Source: a virus
Taxonomy: Duplodnaviria > Caudoviricetes
DNA: 50,657 nt
Strand: one strand, 5' to 3'
Virus record (IMG/VR): IMGVR_UViG_3300043111_000068
Location: 1 to 50,657 of that record
Position 1 is the first letter of the stretch, and the number at the start of each line of letters is the position of its first letter. This document shows positions 8,893 to 16,023 of the stretch, piece by piece. The notes below the pieces were generated by a model. That model made no database searches, was not told where the DNA came from, and was given only the letters and a program-made list of their open reading frames with translations. The position numbers were made by a program, and so were the translations under genes.

Positions 8893-9601
8893 AGGACTTA
8901 TCGACCGTATCGTCGATCTGGGACATGCTGAAGAAATCAAGATCGATGGCAGAGACTACACAACAAAACCGATCTACCCGGTTCGCAAAGAAAAACCGGA
9001 AACGATTATGATTCACACACTGCAGGGGCTGGTTGATTACTACCTCAAGCAATCAAAAGCAGACTGGCCCGGAAAACTTTTCTTCTGCGTGGATTCACCC
9101 ACAAAGGTCTCCATCAAAACGTGTCTGGATAGTAAATTCCGACAACGCGAAACCCTGGCCCAAGCTCAGGCTCCTCAAGAAGATATGTCATTTCTCAACA
9201 GATATCACACCCTTGAAGACTTTATCATCGGCGTTCAGACATTTTTTACTCCTACCGATCATCGTTGTCAGCTTCTCGCCAACGTAGGCAACATTGTCGC
9301 TCAAGCCGGTGTGGATATCGACGATGACGGAGTAACACAGAAAGTGACAGTCAAAACGGGGATTCATCGCAAGGCAAAAAACAAGCTCCCCAATCCTATT
9401 CCACTGACAAAATACAAAACATTCCCTGAAATCGAACAGCCAGAACAAGGGCACGTTCTTCGGATTAGACAGGTTGGAGACAGCTCGGTGGAAGCTGGGC
9501 TTTTCACTATCGAAAACAGCCTTTGGGAAGTGGATACCTGCAACAAGATCAAAGACTTTTTAACTGCGGCCATATCAGAATCAGCTACCATCATTGCATA
9601 A
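8885..9601 (+). CDS. Conserved phage protein, usual partner of the preceding gene
   Basis: TLQGLVDY, DDGVTQKVTVKTG, LPNPIPL..YKTFPEIEQP. Confidence 0.7.
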   Translation: MLKGLIDRIVDLGHAEEIKIDGRDYTTKPIYPVRKEKPETIMIHTLQGLVDYYLKQSKADWPGKLFFCVDSPTKVSIKTCLDSKFRQRETLAQAQAPQEDMSFLNRYHTLEDFIIGVQTFFTPTDHRCQLLANVGNIVAQAGVDIDDDGVTQKVTVKTGIHRKAKNKLPNPIPLTKYKTFPEIEQPEQGHVLRIRQVGDSSVEAGLFTIENSLWEVDTCNKIKDFLTAAISESATIIA

Positions 9602-9610
9602 GGAGCAAGC

Positions 9611-9940
9611 ATGTCCAACGTAAGAACCAAACTTGCAGTATTGAACAACGGAAAAGCCGTAATCTATGACTGCGAAGAAGCAACAAGCGGCCCCTGGATA
9701 AACCCTTTGTATGTTGAGATCAAAGACAAAGGAATTCAATTTGCTCCCCTGGCAATGCTGATCCTTCCCGGAAAAAACGCAAGGGTTTTCTTCAACGAGG
9801 AGAAGTATGTCATGTACTCATATATCCCGGACGAAGACATTATGAACCTGCGAAACCAATACATAGCCAAGACAGCCGCACAGTTTTCCGAGGTGATGGC
9901 TATGCAGAACAAACCTTCTGAGTCCACACCGGAGGGGTAA
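9611..9940 (+). CDS. Hypothetical protein
   Basis: AAGGAG SD. Confidence 0.65.
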   Translation: MSNVRTKLAVLNNGKAVIYDCEEATSGPWINPLYVEIKDKGIQFAPLAMLILPGKNARVFFNEEKYVMYSYIPDEDIMNLRNQYIAKTAAQFSEVMAMQNKPSESTPEG

Positions 9941-10411
9941 ATGGTCCTCGGGAACGAAAAAATAGCCTCCATTGTTCCACCCCTGGTGATCCCGCTTGAT
10001 CCGGACCTTATTCAACCGGCCAGTCTCGACATCCGGTTCGGCACAGAGGTCCGGCGTTCAAGCGGAGAGATTCAGACTCTTTACCTGGGCGATGTTGCCC
10101 GGATTCGACCCGGGGAAGCGTTCCAGGTGGCATCTCTTGAACGATGCAACTTCCCCGAAGAGATAAGCGGGATGGTCCGGCTGAAAAGCTCTGCTGCTCG
10201 CGCTTGGCTGGCCCTTGCCGGCGGGGAGTGGATCGATCCGGGCTATCGAGGGAACCTAACCCTGAGTGTGAAGAACAATGGAGATCAAGCATATACCGTT
10301 GTTTGCGGCAAACCGTTTGCCCAAATCATATTCTTTGAAACATCCGGTGTGGGTGCGGCATACGCTGGTCAGTACCAGGACAGTTGCGGTCTCACACCAG
10401 CAAAAAGCTGA
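9941..10411 (+). CDS. dcd: dCTP deaminase (trimeric dUTPase superfamily)
   Basis: IQPASLDIR, KSSAAR, IDPGYRGNLTL, AQIIF, YAGQYQ. Confidence 0.85.
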   Translation: MVLGNEKIASIVPPLVIPLDPDLIQPASLDIRFGTEVRRSSGEIQTLYLGDVARIRPGEAFQVASLERCNFPEEISGMVRLKSSAARAWLALAGGEWIDPGYRGNLTLSVKNNGDQAYTVVCGKPFAQIIFFETSGVGAAYAGQYQDSCGLTPAKS

Positions 10412-10418
10412 GGAGCTT

Positions 10419-10706
10419 ATGACAGAACTTGAAATGGCTTACACGATCAAAGACATGCCGGAGCTGGAAGGTAAGGTTTCCAAGAACAGAATCAAAATTA
10501 TCCTGGAAGCATATCGAAACTTGATAGCCGAACAACTGAAAAACGGCGAAAAATTTAATTTCTACGGTCTCGGAACGCTCAAGCCCATAATCAGGAAAGC
10601 CTCAAAGGGGCGCAACCCTCGTACCGGAGAATCGCTCGATATTCCTGAGCAGAAATCTATAAGCTGGAAAACGTCAAAAAAATTCAGGAAAGAGATGAAT
10701 GCCTAA
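10419..10706 (+). CDS. HU/IHF-family DNA-binding protein
   Basis: GLGTL...RKASKGRNPRTGESLDIP. Confidence 0.9.
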   Translation: MTELEMAYTIKDMPELEGKVSKNRIKIILEAYRNLIAEQLKNGEKFNFYGLGTLKPIIRKASKGRNPRTGESLDIPEQKSISWKTSKKFRKEMNA

Positions 10707-10899
10707 ACCTTGCGAAATGTATTCCCAAATCCCGTGCCAGCATCCTATCTCAGATATCTGCCTCGGCCCGGCGGTCTGGGGACGCAAAAAAGCATGGTTA
10801 TGTACCACACGGGTAGCTGACTTACCTGCATGTCCGTACCTGGACCAGGTAAGAGCCTGGTGGAAACGCACAAACGGAGGAAATTATGCTCGAAGATAA
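10699..10899 (+). CDS. Cys-rich hypothetical protein
   Basis: Overlap-coupled to both neighbours. Confidence 0.5.
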   Translation: MPKPCEMYSQIPCQHPISDICLGPAVWGRKKAWLCTTRVADLPACPYLDQVRAWWKRTNGGNYARR

Positions 10900-11107
10900 A
10901 CGGTGGTGGGAGTCGAGAACGCTCTGGTCCCTTCTCGTAGCCCTTGGCAGTATCATTGCTGCCGCATTCGGGATTGAGATCGACGAACAGACCAAGAAAG
11001 TCCTTATCACCCAGACAACAGCAGTTATGTCCGGAATCGGTGCTCTTGTCGGTATCGTTGGCGGTATGATCTTCCGCTGGAAAGCCAAGAGAGAAATCAC
11101 GAAATAA
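10886..11107 (+). CDS. Two-TM membrane protein, putative holin
   Basis: KRWWESRTLW, two hydrophobic helices, basic C-terminus. Confidence 0.6.
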   Translation: MLEDKRWWESRTLWSLLVALGSIIAAAFGIEIDEQTKKVLITQTTAVMSGIGALVGIVGGMIFRWKAKREITK

Positions 11108-11109
11108 CC

Positions 11110-11334
11110 ATGAGCTTCGCCCCGGCCTATCTCCCTCTCCCTCAAGCCGCTGCGTATTGCGGATACTCAGCCGACCGGTTTCGGCGTATCGTCAAAGAGT
11201 ATTCCGTACCTCGTTATGGCCCCTCCCGAAACAGGTTTAAGATCGCGGACCTGGATGACTGGATGGAAAACCCACCAGCATTCAGGTCCGTGCAGCCTGC
11301 CCGCAGAAAAAAGTTTACACCTGTGACAGTCTAG
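11110..11334 (+). CDS. xis: Excisionase-like HTH protein
   Basis: YLPLPQAAAYCGYS...RFKIADLDDWM; immediately before the integrase fragment. Confidence 0.8.
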   Translation: MSFAPAYLPLPQAAAYCGYSADRFRRIVKEYSVPRYGPSRNRFKIADLDDWMENPPAFRSVQPARRKKFTPVTV

Positions 11335-11348
11335 GGCAATATGCCGGC

Positions 11349-11528
11349 ATGAGTGTCGGCAAAACAAAAGACGGACGATGGTACGTCTCGTTCAGAGACA
11401 GTAACGGAAAGGTCCGCAGAGAATACTTTGGTCGGGGGAACCTGGCCAGGAGCGCAGCAGAGACACGCGAGGTTCAAATCCTCTCATCCCGACCAAAGAA
11501 AACAAGGGGTTACAGTGAAAAATCGTAG
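11349..11528 (+). pseudogene. int: Tyrosine integrase N-terminal arm-binding fragment (59 aa), catalytic domain absent
   Basis: MSVGKTKDGRWYVSFRDSNGKVRREYFGRGNLARSAAETREVQI; follows xis; possible leaderless promoter TTTACA-N17-CAATAT at 11314-11342. Confidence 0.7.
11469..11495 (+). other. att core: 3' end of tRNA-Pro (T-arm, acceptor strand, CCA)
   Basis: GAGGTTCAAATCCTCTCATCCCGACCA; the CGACCA end is typical of tRNA-Pro; no 5' tRNA half upstream. Confidence 0.85.
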
Positions 11529-11540
11529 CCCCATTTTTTC
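11500..11540 (+). terminator. Post-att hairpin/terminator with IHF-like box
   Basis: GGGGTTAC...GTAGCCCC stem (11506-11532) plus T tract; AAACAAGGGGTTA is one mismatch from WATCAANNNNTTR. Confidence 0.6.
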
Positions 11541-11541
11541 T

Positions 11542-11564
11542 TTTGATCAACAGTTTGATCAACA
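11542..11564. repeat. Tandem 11-bp repeat TTTGATCAACA, probable integrase arm sites
   Basis: Two exact copies 1 nt apart, about 50 bp from the att core. Confidence 0.7.
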
Positions 11565-11591
11565 CGCAAGTTTTCCACACCCCCTATTTTT

Positions 11592-11767
11592 GACTGCATA
11601 GGTTGCCTTTTGTTCGGCTGTTTGCCAGGCTCGTTGTTGCAAGCAAAGCAGGCTTACTTTAGCATCCTAAGGGTTCTCGCTACCCGCTGGTGTAGATCCG
11701 GAAGAAACGATCAGGGTTCTCCTATTCCCCGACCAAGTATCCCGGACCATAGGGCAACCAGCACGTC
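11592..11767 (+). ncRNA. Candidate structured RNA of unknown class
   Basis: Ends pair over about 22 bp (GGTTGCCTT/AGGGCAACC, TTCGG/CCGGA); G-U pairs favour the + strand. Confidence 0.4.
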
Positions 11768-11788
11768 TGTACCTGCCTTTTGATTCAT
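11711..11788 (-). CDS. Candidate 25-aa peptide MNQKAGTDVLVALWSGILGRGIGEP
   Basis: Perfect AAGGAGG SD 7 nt before ATG. Confidence 0.3.
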   Translation of the reverse strand: MNQKAGTDVLVALWSGILGRGIGEP

Positions 11789-11862
11789 GGGGCAGCCTCC
11801 TTATCTGCAGGATCTCTCCCGGAAAAGGTTTCTAGTGCCTGGACCGGGAGAATCCTCTGGAA

Positions 11863-11911
11863 ACAACAAAGCCCCTACTTCTCAACCGAGAATAGGGGCT
11901 TTGTTGTGTTT
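11863..11911. terminator. Bidirectional terminator between the convergent arms
   Basis: ACAACAAAGCCCCTA-c-TTCTC/GAGAA-TAGGGGCTTTGTTGT stem just after the RCC1 gene stop. Confidence 0.8.
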
Positions 11912-11920
11912 ATGCCCTAT

Positions 11921-13234
11921 TTAAGGAAGAGTAGGCCGGTCAACATTGATCAAAGTCCAGCCTGTCACGCCTTCAATGTTATTATAAGAACCAGTCGCAA
12001 CGCACGTTCCATCAGACTTGAGACCGACAGTGTGTGAACCACCTGCTGAAATAGCAACAATATCCGTCCAGTTTGTCACGCCGGAAATGTTATCAAGATA
12101 ATGACTCGTCGCAACGCACGTTCCATCAGACTTGAGACCGACAGTGTGTGAACCACCTGCTGCAATAGCAACAATATCCGTCCAGTCTGTCACGCCTTCA
12201 ATGTAATCAGAATTACCCGTCACAACGCACGTCCCATCAGACTTGAGACCGACAGTGTGTGAACCACCTGCTGCAATAGCAACAATATCCGTCCAGTCTG
12301 TCACGCCTTCAATGTAATCAGAATTACCCGTCACAACGCACGTCCCATCCGACTTGAGGCCGACAGTGTGTGAACCACCTGCTGCAATAGCAACAATATC
12401 CGTCCAGCCTGTCACGCCGGAAATGTAAGAACCTGTCGCAACGCACGTCCCATCCGACTTGAGGCCGACAGTCTGCACATTACCTGCTGAAATAGCAACA
12501 ATATCCGTCCAGTTTGTCACGCCGGAAATGTAATCAGGATTATAACTCGTCGCAACGCACGTCCCATCAGACTTGAGACCGATAGTGTGCTTATCACCTG
12601 ATACAATAGCAACAATATCTGTCCAGTCTGTCACGCCGGTAAGGTAAATAGTAGTGCCCGTCACAACGCACGTTCCATCCGGCTTGAGGCCGACAGTCTG
12701 CCATCCACCTGCTGAAACAGCAACGGTATCTTGAGCATTTATTATACAATGCTCAAACGGTGCGCTAATATAATATCCATCAGGCATAATCAGGTGGAGA
12801 AGCTTCAGTCGGTCATCAAATATCTCAGCCCCAGGAACCGCAGCCGGACCAGACCCAAGAACCTCGTTCGTGTTCATAAAAAACACTCCACCAAAATACG
12901 CATTTTCATCAACAAGATATTCTTCACCTGAAAACAAAAAATCAACATCTGTACTGGTCGATTTTATTTTCAGCGAACCAGACACAGGAACAATGATTTT
13001 AGTAGCAACTCGCGCAGAGGACGGACCCTCAGAAGATCCCACTGCTTTTAACTCTGACGCATACACTCGATAGTCAGTACCGGAAATACTAACAAAAACC
13101 TCAACCGTAACAGAGCTTAATGAATTATTTTGTGCAGAAATAAAAAGCACTGAAGCATTTGAATCACTTGTTACAGAAAAAACTTCCTCAACAGTATCAA
13201 CCAGTGCAGGCGTGTGAACCCAAGACTTAAACAT
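11921..13234 (-). CDS. RCC1/BLIP-II beta-propeller repeat protein, probable receptor-binding protein
   Basis: Seven IVAIxAGxxHTVGLKSDGTCVxTG repeats; GGAGG SD before MFKSW; last gene of the tail cluster. Confidence 0.85.
   Translation of the reverse strand: MFKSWVHTPALVDTVEEVFSVTSDSNASVLFISAQNNSLSSVTVEVFVSISGTDYRVYASELKAVGSSEGPSSARVATKIIVPVSGSLKIKSTSTDVDFLFSGEEYLVDENAYFGGVFFMNTNEVLGSGPAAVPGAEIFDDRLKLLHLIMPDGYYISAPFEHCIINAQDTVAVSAGGWQTVGLKPDGTCVVTGTTIYLTGVTDWTDIVAIVSGDKHTIGLKSDGTCVATSYNPDYISGVTNWTDIVAISAGNVQTVGLKSDGTCVATGSYISGVTGWTDIVAIAAGGSHTVGLKSDGTCVVTGNSDYIEGVTDWTDIVAIAAGGSHTVGLKSDGTCVVTGNSDYIEGVTDWTDIVAIAAGGSHTVGLKSDGTCVATSHYLDNISGVTNWTDIVAISAGGSHTVGLKSDGTCVATGSYNNIEGVTGWTLINVDRPTLP
11955..12725. 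repeat. Seven tandem 105-114 bp coding repeats
   Basis: Near-identical units, e.g. ATAGCAACAATATCCGTCCAG; length differences are multiples of 3. Confidence 0.95.
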
Positions 13235-13244
13235 AAAACCTCCG

Positions 13245-13430
13245 CTATTGAATAGCCATTTTTGCAACAATGAATGCAGTTTTTGACGACCACACCCGCA
13301 TGACAATGTACCAAAAACCATTTGTCTGATCTATCCAGTTGTCACCAGCAACAAGATCATAGTTTATTCCATCAGCGGAAACAGGAGCCCTGTCACTTAT
13401 TATTGTTTGAGGCGGGTTGTAAATAGACAT
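13245..13430 (-). CDS. Small tail-associated protein
   Basis: GGAGG SD; RAPVSAD...GDNWIDQT motif seen in tail fibre domains. Confidence 0.6.
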   Translation of the reverse strand: MSIYNPPQTIISDRAPVSADGINYDLVAGDNWIDQTNGFWYIVMRVWSSKTAFIVAKMAIQ

Positions 13431-13431
13431 T

Positions 13432-14553
13432 TTATAAACCTCCATACATATAAGACTTACGTCGAATTAAATTATCTTGTCGAACCGAAAAAGTTAGATG
13501 ACCGTGGACCGTGGGAACAAAGGGTTTGTTGACAATCGTTGGCGATTGAAAATCAAGTGAACCAAAATCAGAAAAATCATGTGAATGCGAATCCGGTGGA
13601 TAGGTTTCAGGTTTATCCAGAATTTTATTCCAATGGACCCACTCGTATTCATCTCGCATGAGCTGTGAATACATCGTTACATATTGTCGAATCCGAGCGT
13701 TCAGCCCGACAACATTATCAGCGATCATTTCTTCCGGTTCCGGAAAATCCCGTTCCTCAGCATTCCCTTCAGCGTTCCCTATCCAAATCTTCCCTTCCGA
13801 AAGTATTCCTGGCTCTCCCGTCTCACCTTTCAGATCAACAGGATCGGCCATCGACCCATCCGGATTCTCAAACGCAAGAGTTGTTCCATCCCAGGTGTGG
13901 AGAGGGGGATCGCCCTTCTCGCCCTTGAGATCCACACCGACATACTCGGCATCATCGGAAGTCTTAACCTTGAGAGTCGTCCCCTCCCATACATACTCAA
14001 AATTCGCACCCCTGGCCCCGCGAAGATCAGTATAAACAAATTCTTCTTCTTCCGCAGTTTTTACTCCAAGAGAATATCCATCCCATTGAAACACGAGACC
14101 TACGCCAACAGCACCACGCAGATCTGCATACACATACTCGGCATCATCCGGAGACTTCACGCCTAAACGGTATCCATCCCAGGAATACATGAGAGCAAGG
14201 CCGGTGTGGACAAACTCAGCATCGTCAGAAGTTTTCACTCCCAGACTGGTTCCGCTCCATTCATATTCAAAATTTGCTCCGCGAGCACCCCGCAAATCAA
14301 CATACGAATACGTTGACTGATCAGAATGCTTCACGCCCAGGCGATATCCGTCCCAGGAAAACTGAAAATCAAACCCTCGAGGCCCACGAGCGGCCCAAGG
14401 GAGTTCCGACCAGCTCCTTGTACCGTCACCAAACTTAAGCTGGGTCAGCTCATCATTGCCCAGGACGAGCCCGACCTCACCTTCAAGCAGAACCGGGTCT
14501 TCAGACTCCCAATTCGCCAGTGTATCACGTCTAAATTGAAGGGGTATTTCCAC
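13432..14553 (-). CDS. Tail fibre protein with Mtd_N/hyaluronidase-like N-terminus and internal repeats
   Basis: QFRRDTLANWESEDPVLLEGEVG...KFGDG...WSELP; repeats FxWDGxxLGVK...YxDLRGxxG; GTG start after GGAGG. Confidence 0.8.
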   Translation of the reverse strand: MEIPLQFRRDTLANWESEDPVLLEGEVGLVLGNDELTQLKFGDGTRSWSELPWAARGPRGFDFQFSWDGYRLGVKHSDQSTYSYVDLRGARGANFEYEWSGTSLGVKTSDDAEFVHTGLALMYSWDGYRLGVKSPDDAEYVYADLRGAVGVGLVFQWDGYSLGVKTAEEEEFVYTDLRGARGANFEYVWEGTTLKVKTSDDAEYVGVDLKGEKGDPPLHTWDGTTLAFENPDGSMADPVDLKGETGEPGILSEGKIWIGNAEGNAEERDFPEPEEMIADNVVGLNARIRQYVTMYSQLMRDEYEWVHWNKILDKPETYPPDSHSHDFSDFGSLDFQSPTIVNKPFVPTVHGHLTFSVRQDNLIRRKSYMYGGL

Positions 14554-14752
14554 TTGCACTTCCTCCGTCGAGGGGATCCACACCCTCGGTCACATTTCGG
14601 GCAGAGCCGCCATCCAAAGATAAATGGTTTCGGAATATATGCAGTTCGGAAGCGGCTTGTACTCCGGACTGTAATGCAATAACCGTTGTCTCCGGCTGTT
14701 CAATGGAAATGACAGTCGTTTCAGAATCAAGAAGATCAGACCACTGGCTCAT
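14531..14752 (-). CDS. Small tail-associated protein with two LDGGSA motifs
   Basis: Coupled between neighbours. Confidence 0.55.
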   Translation of the reverse strand: MSQWSDLLDSETTVISIEQPETTVIALQSGVQAASELHIFRNHLSLDGGSARNVTEGVDPLDGGSASGNTPSI

Positions 14753-15098
14753 ACTTTGTTACCTCTCGAGAAACCTTGACCTTCCCCATTAGAAGCCTGC
14801 CGACATCCCCTGCAGCATCCTCAAGTTCCAGATCCCAAAACCCGTCTGCAATCACAGCCTCCGTCTTAGCTGGTGTGATATACAAAGTTACCCGGCTATT
14901 TTCCACATCGAGCACCACACCACCATCTTCGGTTGTGCATAGCCAGACCGGTGAAGTATCGTCATATTCATATCGCATGGCGGCCCGGCCTTTCCATCCA
15001 GACATGTCAATAATTTCCCCACCGACACGCACATCCCAGGATTTTTTGAAGGTCGCCCCTTGATAAATCGTCAGTTTCTCAGTGATCGGTGTGAACAT
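14736..15098 (-). CDS. BppU/LtfC-like beta-sandwich structural protein
   Basis: LTIYQGATF...IDMSGW...WDLELED..GDVGRLLMGKVKV. Confidence 0.7.
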   Translation of the reverse strand: MFTPITEKLTIYQGATFKKSWDVRVGGEIIDMSGWKGRAAMRYEYDDTSPVWLCTTEDGGVVLDVENSRVTLYITPAKTEAVIADGFWDLELEDAAGDVGRLLMGKVKVSREVTKYEPVV

Positions 15099-15789
15099 CG
15101 CAGACCTCTATCGGTAGCTCGTATTCATGCAAAAGTTCATCATGGATATAATACAAGGTATCATTTATTTTCTCGACAACGCTGTTTTGAAGCCACTCTT
15201 TCAGATTCCGCTTACAGTCCTCGCAATTCATCTGCATGGCCATCCCAACAATCCCTACATATCGACCCTGCCTATCATAAAGCGGGGTCTTGTCTGTCTG
15301 CAAAACAATATGTGGCCTCTGGTCTTCAGGAGATGTCTTGATAACTCCACACTCAAGGAATCGACACCGCTTCTTTTTGGCGATTGTAATTTCATCACTG
15401 CCAATACAAACATCTCGGCCAAATGTGAAAACCCCAGACGGATGTTTTAATAGAAATTTCTCAGCTAACTCTTCGTCAGTGAGTCCTTCAATATCGCAGA
15501 TCATATCGTTCCAAAAGAATTCACACCATTGTTGTGAGGCAAAAATAAACCGCCCATGTCGATCCTTATGCCACAAAAACCCTGCAGAGTTCGCCATCGT
15601 AGCAAGCTGAGACGCTATTGAAGCATACGCATCTCTCATAAGCCGAAGCTCTTCTCGCTGCTTCCTGGCCTCACCGGTTGCAGCCTGGATGACCTCAGCC
15701 AAAGCTCGTAACTCGGAAACCTGCTTCTCGGTTTCTTTTGCAGCCTTTGATAGCCTGTCCTTGGCTTGTCCAAACAATCTCATTAACAT
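15079..15789 (-). CDS. Coiled-coil plus PAS-domain protein
   Basis: LWHKDRHGRFIFAS...IEGLTDEEL...KTPLYDRQGRYVGIVG (PAS/PAC signature). Confidence 0.8.
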   Translation of the reverse strand: MLMRLFGQAKDRLSKAAKETEKQVSELRALAEVIQAATGEARKQREELRLMRDAYASIASQLATMANSAGFLWHKDRHGRFIFASQQWCEFFWNDMICDIEGLTDEELAEKFLLKHPSGVFTFGRDVCIGSDEITIAKKKRCRFLECGVIKTSPEDQRPHIVLQTDKTPLYDRQGRYVGIVGMAMQMNCEDCKRNLKEWLQNSVVEKINDTLYYIHDELLHEYELPIEVCDVHTDH

Positions 15790-15791
15790 TG

Positions 15792-15989
15792 CTATCCCGC
15801 GTACTTTTCAATGACCGTTTTAAGCCAGTGGCCAATGACTAAAAGTAACAGCCCAAGCTCAATATTCAGCACACGTTTGACCAGTCTTACGGCTTCCTCC
15901 AACGTGTCCACACGCCTCGGAAGACCAACCAGTTGATCAACAAATTGCTTAGATGCCGTCTCTATGATGTCTAGGGGGTCTTCCGACAT
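15792..15989 (-). CDS. Small coiled-coil plus single-TM protein (holin/XhlA-like candidate)
   Basis: RVDTLEE followed by hydrophobic LGLLLLVIGHWL. Confidence 0.55.
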   Translation of the reverse strand: MSEDPLDIIETASKQFVDQLVGLPRRVDTLEEAVRLVKRVLNIELGLLLLVIGHWLKTVIEKYAG

Positions 15990-16005
15990 TTTTTTCGCTC
16001 CAATA

Positions 16006-16023
16006 TGTTGCCATAAGGTAACA
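16006..16023. promoter_or_regulatory. Operator copy 3, TGTTGCCATAAGGTAACA
   Basis: Fills the short intergenic gap upstream of the 15989 gene. Confidence 0.7.

Noticed and set aside
11420-11495. Complete tRNA-Pro gene
   Set aside because: Only the T-arm and acceptor 3' strand are present; upstream is integrase coding sequence with no D or anticodon arm
11353-11601. 82-aa ORF from the track
   Set aside because: The overlapping frame from 11349 gives a recognisable integrase N-terminus; this one is featureless
11654-11713. Selenocysteine or readthrough at the peptide's TGA
   Set aside because: No clear SECIS hairpin or redox motif; the extension is unremarkable
11680-11720. SRP RNA-like AGATCCGGAAGAAAC, or a 6S/retron RNA
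   Set aside because: SRP stem and AGCAG motif do not form; no retron RT; no convincing 6S central bubble
11955-12725. CRISPR array
   Set aside because: Units are in-frame coding repeats with related spacers; no cas genes
11500-14553. Complete diversity-generating retroelement
   Set aside because: No reverse transcriptase, Avd or non-coding template repeat in the window; kept only as a hypothesis
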